A stretch of 63,498 nt of DNA, counting the filler, from Dirinaria sp. TL-2023a (Eukaryota): NCBI GenBank assembly GCA_051941275.1. It is 16 parts of 16 records of this genome, joined end to end, with 100 filler letters (N's around TTAATTAATTAA, not from the genome) between each part and the next. Parts side by side here need not be neighbours in the genome. Positions count along the whole stretch, not along the records: positions 1 to 3,904 come from JAVEBF010001942.1; positions 4,005 to 7,908 come from JAVEBF010001943.1; positions 8,009 to 11,910 come from JAVEBF010001944.1; positions 12,011 to 15,911 come from JAVEBF010001945.1; 12 more parts are not named here. One strand, 5' to 3'. Shown piece after piece: positions 1 through 12,418 of this stretch; position 1 is the first letter of the stretch; each line of letters begins with the position of its first letter. Below the pieces are notes generated by a model. The model saw nothing but the letters and a program-made list of their open reading frames with translations, made no database searches and had not been told where the DNA came from. The position numbers and the translations under genes are program-made.

Positions 1-78
1 TTGGTTTAGTTAGTCTTTTGGCGCTGCCGGGACTTTTACCATTGGGAAACCTATCTAACCAAGGTTGGGTCTTTGACA
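1..78 (-). mobile_element. Partial copy of the 130-bp TG...CA mini-LTR-like element, cut by the window start
   Basis: Reverse complement matches the first 78 nt of the copies at 28320 and 29966 (TGTCAAAGACCCAACC...CTAAACCAA). Confidence 0.93.
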
Positions 79-3000
79 ATTTGATGATGTTTCGTCGAGA
101 TCGTCATCGTACAATTTGAAATCAGTAGTTATAAAATCTGAGTTCTTAAGTTTCATGTTCGACATCACTTTGAAGAAAGAGATATTGTAGTTTTTGTTCA
201 TCAAATCTATGAGCGACGAAGATAAAACGACTGAAATGATGACATTTTGTTTCGATTTTCGCGACATGATAAGTAAGTTCTTGATTGTTAAATCTTTCTA
301 TCACTGTATTTTCTTAAGTGATATTGATCAGATCTGAGAGTACGTCGTATGTGATTCTCAGAAGTGATTAATATGCGCAGTTGATCAGAGTCTATGAATA
401 GTGATCAGATAACTCACTTTTATATGAGATTTATTAATAAAAGTGAGTTGTAAAACTCGCGACAATGAGCTCAACGACGACGTCAATAATCTCATTTTTC
501 ACTCATTTCGAGTGCAGCTTTAAGAAAACAACGAGAAAATATGTCAACATTTTCGTCAGATCAGAATCGACTAAAAACGCGAAGATAATAGATTTCAGTG
601 CTAGTAATCGCTGTAGTCAATGATTGTTCGTCGATTGCAACGAAAATAAAGAGTCGAAACGCAAGAAGAAAAGTCGTTCATTAGAGATGACTGCAGTTTT
701 GAAATCTTTTGAAGATAAGATGTAATGCTAAGTAAAATTAAGTTGCAAATGTTGATCTTCTAAAAGTTAGCGCGAAAAGAATATCTTAGATAAACGAGAT
801 AAATGAATGCGCGCATAGACGCGCATTAGTATATTGAATAAATCGTAGTTTAAGATCTTTGCGAATCAAATCACTCAATATCACTTGATCTTTTTGACTC
901 TTCTCTTTCTAATAGTTTGATAATCTTCTTCAGAGCTTTCGAAAGTGTCGTTCGCTGTCAAATAGTCATATCGAAGCTGAAAGATCTTCAAATCGTCCTC
1001 ATGAAACGTTTCTCGAACATCTCTGTCATTCAGTTGAGTTATTATGAAGAACACATCTCGATGTCTCTCATAATTGAAAATAATAAACGATTCTCTTCAT
1101 CGAGATTCTAATTTTTCAGTATTCTTCTGATGTAGCATTACGTAGTCGTCTAAATTGTGACGATGAGATTTAATCTCTTTGTTGTATCTGTAGATCATGT
1201 TCTTTTTTTTACGCTTGATAAATTTATACACATGATCGTGAAGCTGAGCTCGATGTTGCACATATTGATGAACTGCAGTTGCATGCTTCGCGAGATTCAT
1301 AAACTCGTCGTGTTATTGCTTGATACTTCTCTCTGACAAAGTCAGTAATGTAGTCATGATAACAGAGATTTCTTGCATCGTCTTAAATAGTATGCTCGTT
1401 GAGCTCAAATCAAGATAAAAGATAATACGATCGTTCACACTTCGAGCGATCGCTGAAATTCGCTCATCTCAATCTGAACTCGATGAATCTTTTCGTAGTA
1501 TCTCTTCAACTATGTTGTTAGATACTTCTATCATGTCAATAAACTTCGAAGCACTCGATGAGTTATAATCAATAGTCACTCTCTCATCGCGAAGATACTC
1601 TCTCAACTCTTCGTTATTAAAATGATTGTCTCGATCGCAATAAATTGCATGAGATCTTCTGTACATCGTAAAGATCAATTCGAGAGCTCAAATTACATTC
1701 TCAACGTTGTCAGTTTTGATGACAAAAGAAATCACGAATCGACTAAAATAGCACACAATATTTAGTATGTATCGACATTTGCTTTTTCTCGTGAGTTTTA
1801 AAGACTCTACGAAGTTCATATCAATAAGTTGAAATGAATGAGTAACAAGCACGAGATGTAAGAGCTGAGATCGTGTTGCAGATTCATGTTTCGCACACTC
1901 AATACATCTCGTTATGTATCGTTCAACGTTCTGAGCTTGATCGAATCAATAACATCGATCTCTAATCTTTGTCATGATACTCGTCTTTGCTCAGTGATCG
2001 TCATTATCGTGTGTTTCATGTAAAATCGTACGTACTTTGCTCTCAAATACACAGAGTAAATACTGTTCACTCTGATATTTTCACAACACGCTCTGAATAA
2101 CGCGATAGTCAAAAGCTTGCTTCAACAACGTCGAGATAAATGTCGCAGAAATCTTGTCAGCTAAATAGTGATACATCTTCTCAAATTAAGTAGATTTTAG
2201 ATAGACGTTTTTTCAGAACTTTTCTAGCGTTTCTTCAGACGTGTCAATAGCTTTCTCAGAGACAGCGATTAAAGAAAATATCGATATCTCTTCGATGATT
2301 TCATGAGAAATTACTTCTTCACGTTGAGACGACGATTGTCAGGGCCTGCACAGCGCTCAATGACATATGGGTGCTAGTAGACTAGGACACTAACTATGAA
2401 GAAGAAAAGGAAAGGAAATCTATCTACAGGAAGACTCAAATAGGGACCCGGAGCAATATCGATCCGGGGGGACGCTAGACCTAATCATGTGACCTGATCA
2501 TGTGACCTGATCATGTGACCTGACCTAAGGTGCTCCAGGTCTAGGTTCATGACAGTCGTTAATGATTTTTCGCAGTCATCACTCTGTATGAACTGATCAT
2601 CGTTTTTGCGTTCTGCATGTAACAGATTTTGTTTTTGATTTAATTCTAACACGATACTTTATAAGATCTGTGCAAGATAGATTGAACAAGTTAATCTCGT
2701 TCAGATGACGATAATGATACAATAAACACAATACTTTGTGTCGAGCAGCAACTGAAGAAACTAGCGATCTCAGAATCAATTCGACTAACTCTGCTCATTC
2801 GTTCAATTTTTTCAGCGAAATATTCGACGATATTGAAGATCGAAGAATGCGTCTGAATAAATATGAGCTGTTCGACTCGACATCGATATAGTTGTTAAAT
2901 TTTGAAACTGAGTACGACGATGTACTCGAAGTACTGAAACTGAAAACAGATCATTCTGACACGATTATATCAGTTTCATATAGTTTAAAATCATGTCTAG

Positions 3001-3904
3001 AACTCTTTAAAAAAGATGCTTAACATCTTTCATCTCGAAGTTCTCGTCGTCATCGTTCTCATTATTCGAGTTACTCGAATCTGAGATATTCTTTTCTTCA
3101 ATATTGCTCACTTTATCAGAGACTAATATTATAAATTTGAGATACATCAGAAGATTGTGATCTTTGCAAAATATCAATTTGAGATCAATCACGACTCGAG
3201 TCTGCTCATCTAGACTAATATCGTTTATAGTAATAATAGACGTTTTTACAGAGATAACTGTATTTACGAAATACAATCAGAGTAATCTCAGAATAAGATT
3301 AAGATATTCAGTACGATCAGCAGCTGTGATATTTGATATTTTCGAGATCACGAAGCATCGAATATTTTTATGAATGCTCTCTATCGCGATATGTAATCAT
3401 ACTCAATGATGTAATATCGTCTTTTTACTGTCTGCTGTCTTCATCGACAAGCTTTTAAAATTTATTTCTTTCAAAGAATGTAAGATTAGCGACAGTAATT
3501 TAATCAACTCTGTCGAAATGACATTCATGTCTGAATTTTGATCTGCTTGAATATATCTTTTTTTCAAAATGACTGTAGTCTCATCTGATTTAATGATAAT
3601 GCACGATAATCGAAATACTTTATTCAGATCAATCATGACATTTAAAAATCTCGTATGTCTTTCGAAAACTTCTGCACTGAACACGTTTCTCACTCTGTCT
3701 TGAGTTGACGAGTTCGTTTGAGATTGTGAGTACTGTGATTACATGAATGAAAATGACGACATAGTGTACGCAGATCACGATTGAGATGTCTGTTGTATTG
3801 ACGACAGCGTGATAGCAAATTATTTCTCGACTTTCTTCTTGAAAATTCGAGTACATAATCTCTTCAGCTTCTTACAAATCTGAGAGAATCACGCAACTAA
3901 ATTT
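79..3904 (-). mobile_element. Decayed Ty3/Gypsy LTR retrotransposon pol (protease, RT start, integrase)
   Basis: Protease-like QADQNSDMNVIS (~3500-3550); RT N-terminus (2597-2779); integrase H-H-C-C finger HETHDNDDH...CIEC (~1890-2025); core IYCDRDNHF...MIEVSN (1469-1678). Many stops and almost no CC/GG. Confidence 0.88.
2337..2554. mobile_element. 218-bp solo-LTR-like insertion (TGTCA...TGACA) with three 13-bp TCATGTGACCTGA repeats
   Basis: Terminal inverted TGTCA/TGACA. Normal GG/CC content inside CC-depleted DNA. No matching TSD (ACGAT vs GTCGT). Confidence 0.8.
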
Positions 3905-4817
3905 NNNNNNNNNNNNNNNNNNNNNNNNNNNNNNNNNNNNNNNNNNNNTTAATTAATTAANNNNNNNNNNNNNNNNNNNNNNNNNNNNNNNNNNNNNNNN
4001 NNNNCCACTCCCCTTCCCCTGAACAATCGAAAGAGAAGAAAAGTATTCAACAAGACCGAAAGCACCTCCAAAAGCACAATCAACTCGAGCCAAGAAGTTG
4101 CAAACGTGCGGAGGCATATGGGTCTGAGGATTGTGAGTATAGGGATGACGAGGCTAAAGTGGAAAGTGTGGGAAGTGTGGAAGATGCGGTGGATAATATA
4201 TGTCCGAGGAGGTGTATAGGAGAGGGGGAAGGGGGACAGGCGAGGGAAGACGGAAGACGGGGGAAACATAGGAGTGTTGATCATTTAGCACGCCTACCAT
4301 TTGCAGATTGAGCTTTGATCTAGAGATATTCAATGACAGCATATTGTTTTCAGTCATCTGCATTTTGTTTTCCGATACGGACAATTTCTTGCTTGATTAT
4401 GTACACGTGTCTAGCGGAATGGCGCTCTTAAACATACCGGGGATTATCGGAAAGGTCGTTGATCTACAGTCGAATTGTGCTATGTGAGCCAGTCCTTAAT
4501 GCAGGGGGCTTCTTGTCGTGGGAGATCAGGACAATATGTTCTATGACATCGAAAAGGTGAATAAGGCAGCAATCAATATTATTTAGATAGTGCTACTGAG
4601 TTTCCGGTCCATATTGAAACTATGAAGAATAGTGAATAGGATTTGTCTAACAGATTAATTTCTTCATATTGGGAACGAACAGATCAACTCAGTCTTGTGG
4701 ACTAATTATTAGTCTACTTAGACAATTTTGCTAGCAATCATACATTAATGATCTACTTCAGGATCACAAACACGAAAAGAAAAGACCATCTCGCAGTAAC
4801 GCCCCAGCCGATTGAAA

Positions 4818-6457
4818 TCAACACATGCCCATTGCAGGACCTAGGCCGAAAGCAATTGGATTAGTCCCTGCGTTATTCCAGCTAGACGAACTATCGTTGT
4901 ACGAGTGAGTCGAATGAGTCGGCAATGCTTGAGACACCATCTGCTGGGTTACGGAAGTATTGATTATCTGATTCAGAATATTCTGCTGCAAGGCATGCTC
5001 TTGGCTATTCATATGTGCCGCATGACTTCGGTGACTGACGTGCGTTGTTGCATTGTGAAGTCGATGCTGAGGAACTCTGTGGTCCGGTGAGGATTCGACT
5101 GGAAAGTAGTAGCGATGCATGGCTTGCGGTGGGACGATCTTGTCGTAATTGATGTACTTTTCCTTTAGATCCCAAGGAATCGCATCCGTAGATGTTGCAT
5201 TGATTCGAAGACTTGAAGGGCACCGCGCCCCCATGAGTTGAATCCAATTGCAATAGATCCACTGGCTGGCTATCCAGTTTCGTGCTGCAAATGGTGGTTG
5301 GCAACGTGAAAAAGTGCATTGATCTATTCTCCCAATGCGCGTAATGGAGAAACATAGCTCTAGCACGAAAGCGTGGCAATTGTAGTAGTAGAAATCGTAC
5401 TTTCGACTGAAGGAGGATTGGAAGATGTGCACTGCTCGTTCCACGACTTTCTGAGGTTTGACGTATGTAGTCCCACAGGATATGGACTTGATGTTGCGAA
5501 TCCGGTTCCAGTCCTTGCCTTGGCTTATCTGCAGGGGTACCCTGTTTCCTTGCACCGTCCAGACTTCAGTAGAGTGAGTTTTGTAGCTGTCCTCCGAGAA
5601 CTTCAAGCCCTTGGTTCCCTTACTCACTATTGATTCGAGGTTGTCCAGGTCTGAATCGTCGTCATCATCTTCATCATTATCATCATCATCATCATCATCT
5701 TCTTCTTCTTCTTCTTCTTCTTCTTCCTTGGTATCTGAGAGATCTTTAACAAGCTCGTCGGCAATTTTGAGCTTGATGAAGTCTTTGGGCGGAGCTGCAA
5801 CCTCGTAGAAAAGATCACCAACCTGAAGAGCCCAATGTGCGAACCGTATAGAGTTTGGAAGTGGGGTGTTTCTCAGTCTACGATGGTGTATCTTGATGGT
5901 TTGGGCTTCTGACCCAATGTCGCTGTGAAAAAGGCCCATTTCCTGATATGATTGATCCAATTTGATAGAAAAATGATTGTCAAATTCACTTCTTATACAT
6001 GATGATATGATCGCTAAGCCGCAACATTGCGCTTTCAAAGCCTCCGAGCCCTCCGGCAGTGCGCCTCAGTGTGGTTACACAAGAGAGGGGTTCCCAGATG
6101 TCATTGGTTATATGGGCGACTATCTGCTGCAAACTCCTGCATTGCCTGCCCATAATTAGCTCTGCCAATCGAATCCTTCCGTGATCCAGGCTTCCAAGAA
6201 ACTCGAGTGGCGTAATCTTCAGCTAAATCAGTAATAGAGCTGAGGGATATGTCGAGTAGCTTTACCAACGAAGTGTACATCCTAAACTTCCAATCTCCGC
6301 CGCTTTGATTCGTGCAAGAATAACACGTGCAGACTGTGAGCCAATAGTTGGGGTCATCGACTTTCACATGGACCGGGCGAAAAGAAAGGAATGGATCGCT
6401 TGTGTCGTCGACTGCCTCGATACCCTGTGGAAACTTACTATGAGTATCTTGCTCCAT
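4818..6457 (-). CDS. PPPDE/permuted papain-like peptidase domain protein with an acidic insert; 5' exon structure approximate
   Basis: AHWALQVGDLFYEV and YDFYYYNCHAF (His...Asn-Cys) in ORF 4818-6038. (GAA)n/(GAT)n poly-E/D tract. Candidate ATG at 6457 and GT-AG introns near 6225-6280 and 5945-5990. Confidence 0.62.
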
Positions 6458-6509
6458 ATTTTCGCTTTCCCATATTACGCAGCGCTGAAATCGAACACAC
6501 TGGATGTGG

Positions 6510-7908
6510 TAGAAAACTCGATGATGATATGATAAACTTTCATTACTCAAATAGAACGAGCATTGAGTAAAGCGGTAAATCATCGAAAAAGTCTTGACAC
6601 TTGCGTCACAGTCGTTTGCGATATTATCAGACTTCTCTCGCTTGATGATCATCTTGAGCTGATCACGGCGCTGAGTTTTCCGTCGTCGACACAAAGTCGT
6701 TCGAGTATCGATTGTCTGAATTCTTCGTCGAAATTGTATTTCATAAAAGAGACTCTCATCGAGACTGCAGATCAATTGAACGATCGTGACTCGCTCGAGA
6801 ATGTTGTAAACGATCGGCTGAGTAGATTGTGTAAGTTGTGTGAATGTAAAAGAAATCGCCGCAGAAAAGAATTGAGCGTCAAAGATATAAGTATCAGCGA
6901 TTCGAAAGTGTCGCTTTCGAGTCTATACAATCATCTTAACTCGCAGTCTCTTTTTCGTAGCATTCAAGCGAGTCTCTGCTTTTTTCTTTTTCTGGAATAA
7001 GATCGTGTCTTGAGTATTCGCGATGTTTCTAAATCTCGCTCTGTGAATTCGTCGTGTGAGAATTTTATTGCGTTGATCAAGCTTGATCATCTTGAGATGA
7101 GTGATCAGTTTCGACTTCTGCTCGAAAAACAACTCTGTCGATACACTCGTATCGATCGTTAAACTGATAAGTTTGATCATCTTCTGTATCACCTCGTTGA
7201 ATGAGCGATCAAAATAACAGATCTATCAAAGACCCAACCTTGGTTAGATAGGTTTCCCAATGGTAAAAGTCCCGGCATGGCCAAAAGACTAACTACACCA
7301 AGTCAAGGGACTTGGTGCCTATCTTACTACTTAGGTGTTCCAGGGTCGTAACAAGATCTTGATGTCAAATCGAATCTCTTGATTTAAATAATAGCTCACT
7401 GCCTCTTGTTGATAATCGAAGATCTGATCTCGAACGAAGAAGAAAGTTTTATCTATTGCGAGTATCAGATCAGCGATTGAAAAGCAATCGTAATTATTTC
7501 GAGTTCGTAAATCAAAAAAAAAACAGACATACTATTGACGACATTTGAAAGATTACGACGAAGTTCATATTAAATAAAGAAGTGTTGAAAACTCGCTTTC
7601 ACCTCAAATCGCTTCAGATAATTAATTCAAATGCTCGCAAGTAGAGATTTCGTTCGCGATGTGTCGAACTCTCTCACGTCTCGTAATTTCTCACGAAAGA
7701 CTGAGAGATTTAGAACGTCGCGTTTTCATTTCAGTATCAAACTTTTCCTATTCGACGCTATTCTGATCAAAAAGATATTCTCAACATGTTGAGCTGACTT
7801 GATTTCGAAGACGTCATCGTGAGCCGCAAAAGAAAACAGATGATCGAGAAACGAGAACAACGAGTCGTCATTTTTTTTATCGATGATCATCGTTTTTCTA
7901 TTTACATT
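6510..7908 (-). pseudogene. DUF3435 tyrosine recombinase (Starship captain-like), mutationally inactivated; 5' part beyond the contig end
   Basis: Manual translation: SLILK*KRDVLNLSVFR...YLKRFEVKASFQHFFI*YELRRNLSNVVN, intron 7453-7532, VRDQIFDY..YYLNQEIRFD...LISLTIDTSVSTEL...TQCSFYLSNESLSYHHRVF. This matches recalled DUF3435 motifs (L.WK..L..PVFR, RLG..GF..Y.LRRG..N, SLT.DP.AP..L, QC.FCLGD..LP) after P->S, G->D/E/S/N, W->stop. Confidence 0.8.
7224..7353 (+). mobile_element. 130-bp mini-LTR-like element inserted in the DUF3435 relic; TSD AGATC
   Basis: TATCAAAGACCC...GGGTCGTAACA flanked by AGATC (7219-7223, 7354-7358). Removing it restores the DUF3435 reading frame. Confidence 0.93.
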
Positions 7909-8008
7909 NNNNNNNNNNNNNNNNNNNNNNNNNNNNNNNNNNNNNNNNNNNNTTAATTAATTAANNNNNNNNNNNNNNNNNNNNNNNNNNNNNNNNNNNN
8001 NNNNNNNN

Positions 8009-8129
8009 GCACGGATGAGGGGCGGGCCGAGGTTGCCCGTTGCTTGGAGGGAGGAGTGAGATGGGCGATAAAAAGGAAAGAGCTGAGACTTACGCCTATT
8101 AGGAGGACGTTTTTGATTTCTTGGGTCAT
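8009..8129 (-). CDS. 5' fragment of an NmrA/isoflavone-reductase-like NAD(P)-binding protein
   Basis: MTQEIKNVLLIG|GTAAGT intron|ATGNLGPPLIRA (GxxGxxG motif). The in-frame acceptor reads CCAA rather than CCAG. Truncated by the contig end. Confidence 0.55.
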
Positions 8130-9245
8130 GATTGGAGAGGTGTGGAGACTACACTAAAATAGGAAACTTCGAGTCAGAATTATTCTAACGAAAGATATCC
8201 AGTGGCGTAGTCCAGAAAACGATGTCATTCGTGATTCCTGGCTGAAGATTTCGGGAGTGCACAGAAGGATGATAGGAAATTTGATGAAGGAATGAAACTG
8301 GAGATACGAGGGACCGTACGAAAGGACGACTGTCTCAGTGGAAGAAACTATGACTTCTGATAGAGGGAGCTAGCAACAAACAGCTCGTTGAAGGATCTCG
8401 ATGGCAATGATGGAGAATTCGAGGCATGTTTCTAGACTAACCGTAGGATGGCTTTCGGGTTGTTGGACCGATACCGGGGGATATTTGAGAGGATCAGCTC
8501 AAGAATATTGAGCGAAAGCCGTCAAACAGCTCGAGAGCGAATAGTGACTGCCTCCAAGGGGTATGTATCACGGTTTTAAATAGTCTTCAATGTATGAGTC
8601 GAAGTTAACACGAGGTCTTGGGCAATCTTCTGAATCTTAAGAGCGCCAAAAAGACAGAAATCTGCCCCGACTTCACCCCTGATCGGGCCTCGGGGGAGCG
8701 CCGTCTTAGGTCGCGCGACCCAGGGTAGCTGCGCCCCTTCTCCGGGGTGAGCTGCTGCCTCATTCCCAGTCTATCCGAGACCAAATCAGCAGGTCTTTCG
8801 GGCGAAGCGGATTCGCAATACTCAGATTGATCGCGTAGCACGAAGTCTTCAAGTGGCTGTTAAAAAGCGATGACAACGAAGAGAAAAAAATATCTATCTA
8901 AAACTGTCCTTCGATGTGAAACTACGGTGTTAAAGGCAACGGTCGTTGTACGCTGTCAACCTGCAGCAGCTTGACGAGGCTATGAAGCACATAAAGACGG
9001 CCCTCCCTAGAGTCTCCGCGTACCGCAGGCATGAGAAGCGGATAACCAAAAATTGCCCTTGAGGCTCGGGAAAGATTTTTATCTCTCATAGGCTTGGATC
9101 GAAGGTTATGACTAGCCGCCATCAGGCCGTGAACGCAGGCTCAGACTCTACTGCGTGCCTTGACTGCGTATTGCCAGATTGGTTTCAAACAAGGAATGAT
9201 TTGGCAATCCGAGGGTGTCGTGAGCTTGGCAATCATCGGAGCTGC

Positions 9246-11812
9246 TTATGACACTAAAGCAACAATAGACGTTGTTACTGTCCAGCCTGCTAACGCAAAC
9301 GGTAGCCAGCAATTCCTCTCGACGCTTGTCTGACCAGCCGTAAAAGCTATTGGTGTCGCCGTCCCAAAAGCACTCGCACCTTCCGTCGGCAAGCCGGTGC
9401 CAAATCCACCCATAATCAAACTCCCCAGATGCACATCCTCCGTGCTACTACCCACGACGACGTCAGTGCCCGCTGCAGCGAACGAAATAGGCGTTCCAGT
9501 GACGGTGATCTTCCCGCCCTCGGTCAACGTCTGGCCTCGAATAATGAATGCGGAGGCTAAGGCGGTGTAAGTCGAGCGTGCGAAGGTCATTACGGGCTCG
9601 TCGGTAAGGCTGGAGAGGGTCTGGGTGCTGGTGCCGATTACGACGATGTTGCTGCTGGAAGGGTAGGCGATTGGGGTGCCATCGATGGTGATGGTGGCGC
9701 CTTTGGAGAGGGTCTGGCCGTCGATGATGAAGGCTGAGGAGGCTTCGGTAATGTTTGAGCTAGCGAAGGTCATCACGATTTCTTGTGCGCCGGCTGCGGC
9801 GACGGTGGACAACGTCTGTCGGCTGCTGCCAATTTGGACAAGATTGCTCGAGGGGTAGGCGATAGGGGTGCCATGGACCGTGATTGTACCTCCGGGAGTA
9901 AGGGTCTGTCTTTGGATGACTAGGTCAGATGAAGAGTCGAGTGTGTACATTGAACCGGCAAAAGTCATGATTGTCTTCTGTGTAGATGGAGCGGGGATCG
10001 TTGATAGTTTATGAGTGCTTGTGCCGACTACAACACCCTTGCCACTGGATGCATAAGCGATTGGTGTTCCATGAACGGTGATAGTTTTTCCTGGTGTCAG
10101 GATCTGACCTTCGATGGCTATTTGGGAAGAAGAGCCCACACTGTAGGCTATCCCAGCAAAGGTCATTACGGTTCTCTGAGGAGTTGAAAATGCAGCTGCT
10201 GTAAATCTGTGGGTGCTTGTACCCACAACCACTCCGTCCCCTGCCGATAAATATGCGACAGGGGTACCGTGCACCGTGATCGAGCCACCCGGCTTCAGAG
10301 TTTGGCCATAGATAACCAACCTTGAGGAAGAATCTACATGGTAAGCTGACCCAGCAATTGTCACGACGGGCTCTGGTACTGAATCGAGCATAGAAGATGC
10401 TATTCTTTGAGTACTTGTACCGATGACAACATTGTGCCCGCTAGGCAGATAGGATATAGGCGTAGAATGAACCGTAATTGCGCCACCTTTCGTCAGAGTC
10501 TGACCCTCTACGACAAAATGCGAAGCGCCGTTTCTGGTATATGTCGAGCTTTCGAAAGTGATGATACTAGCTTGGGTAGGCTTCAGGGAGGCAATCGGAT
10601 GCTTTGCGTAGCTTGTGCCATCCACGACAATGGCATTGCTGGCTTCATTGGGGCCAGTAGCGCCTTGTATAATTGCGTGACCATCGGCCTCAATGGAAGA
10701 GCCTCCAGCCACAATAGTCCCTTCTGCTGCAGTTTGAATTCGCTGACCCCCAAGCGAGGTTAGAGTAGGTGCTTCTTCAAATGCGTTATCTGGAATTGTG
10801 GTAGGGTCAGAGTGCTCGTCTGCGTGGCCGCTTCCGGCTCCGGACACTGCGCCTGACTCACTAGGGACAGGTCTATTTAGATAATGGGATTGTGACGCAC
10901 CCCCTTGGATTGGGTCGCCGTTGTCGTCGTTAGATCCGTGCCCGGTTTTAGGGTCCGATGATGGAGTCGGAGTTGTTGTAGGGTCTGGAAGATCAGGAGA
11001 CGCAGTCTGTTGAGGTATGGCCGAAGAGGTAGTAGTCGCTTCGGTCTGAACTGAAGCCGACCATGTTGGCGTTATGAGCACATTCACTGGTGTCAGAGCT
11101 CTTGGAGGATCGTAGGCTCCATAGAATGGTTGTGCGCGATAGCCTGTACTGCGCCATGCAGAGCATTGCGAATATATTGGCTGAGCAACGTAAAGCTGAG
11201 GAGGAGGTGAAACAATAGGATGATACGGTGGTCATATTGTCGAAGTCAATGTAGAGAAGAACCCTGAATTATACGGGTCGTTGATCGTCGTCCAAAAAGG
11301 ATTTGACCAGCCGAAGGTCGGGCAAGCGTCGAAATCGAAAGGTTTGTTCGTGTAATCCTCGGAGGAGTCGTCGGTATTCCATTCTATAGAGGAAACCATA
11401 TCAGCCTGAATTGGAATTGTTAGGCTGGTCAATGCACTCCCAAGAGTTCCGCAAAGGTCTGAAACCCAGACAGCACCTTGGAACGCCATGTATACTGAAG
11501 GCGAGGTCCTATTCTCAACGTTAGCGAATTTGTAGATAACCCAGCCTTGATTGAGATATACAAGGTCCTTTCACCATCAGTTGCATACTCGAAGCTTCCA
11601 TTGGCGCTAGGAATTGCCCGGACTCTAATGTTACCTCCTGGCGGTAGTGTTGCTTGCGAGATGATGTCTTCTGAAGTGACTGGGCCATCAGAGCAGGTAG
11701 GTGTTGTTCCTCCTTTCGGCCAATAAAGCATACTCAGCGTTTGCGCGACGATCTGACATGGGCCACAACAAGTCGCACTGTTGGCGCCAAGACCAACCAG
11801 ATGGACTACGCT
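9246..11812 (-). CDS. Thr/Ser/Gly-rich repeat cell-wall protein, probably GPI-anchored; contains one in-frame TGA; 5' end incomplete
   Basis: CCGPCQI..LYWP; intron 11509-11561; TSPSVY...YDPPRALT; about six I.GQTLT.GG.ITV.GTPI.Y repeats; hydrophobic C-terminal tail. Stop codon at 11232-11234. Confidence 0.75.
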
Positions 11813-12010
11813 CTAAGGGCTAAAGGGAACACCTAATACAGCCAGGTACGAGTCAAAATAGATCTGGCGTTTGGCGACCATAGTATTATTATCATGGATC
11901 TTTTTTGCCTNNNNNNNNNNNNNNNNNNNNNNNNNNNNNNNNNNNNNNNNNNNNTTAATTAATTAANNNNNNNNNNNNNNNNNNNNNNNNNNNNNNNNNN
12001 NNNNNNNNNN

Positions 12011-12053
<43 letters not shown>

Positions 12054-12418
12054 TGTGAAATAATAAATAACCTTGATCTTTCTTAATAGAGCAATCGGTG
12101 AAACTACAGTACATACAACTGGCTACCTAGCTAGGCTCTAGAAAACTAAGGTAAGGTACCTAGACAGTGTATGCCACAAAAAGTGTGTGAATTACTCGTT
12201 TTCGATTACCTTAGGGTAGTTTACCATTTGGTTCCGCTAGTACAGTAGTCTGCTAAGAAAGCTGCATTAAGCTGGAGTCTTTGGTTTTTTCTTTTCCGTA
12301 CGCAATAATCCTTCCTACCTTAGAATCCACAAAGCTGGGGTGGGGTGGATTTGGTTAGCACTTGCACTTGTGATTCGAGTACCTTTCAACCCACCCGGAC
12401 TGAACATTTATCTAACGC

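Noticed and set aside
1..78. Mini-element as the cognate 3' LTR of the adjacent Gypsy
   Set aside because: No polypurine tract precedes it on the minus strand, and it is unmutated unlike the host; more likely an insertion.
2485..2525. CRISPR-like direct repeats
   Set aside because: Spacerless tandem 13-mers inside an LTR in a eukaryote.
79..3904. Alternative genetic code (TGA=Trp) or organellar/bacterial contaminant
   Set aside because: The TGA stops come with systematic Pro/Gly loss in retrotransposon motifs, which fits transition mutagenesis.
3949..3960. TTAATTAATTAA recurring every ~4 kb as a biological periodic repeat
   Set aside because: Always embedded in N44 blocks; a synthetic linker.
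4005..4384. Overlapping ORFs on both strands at the contig start
   Set aside because: No recognisable motif; strand cannot be decided.
12011..12051. Poly(A) as a retrocopy tail
   Set aside because: It lies at the contig edge with no TSD or upstream context.
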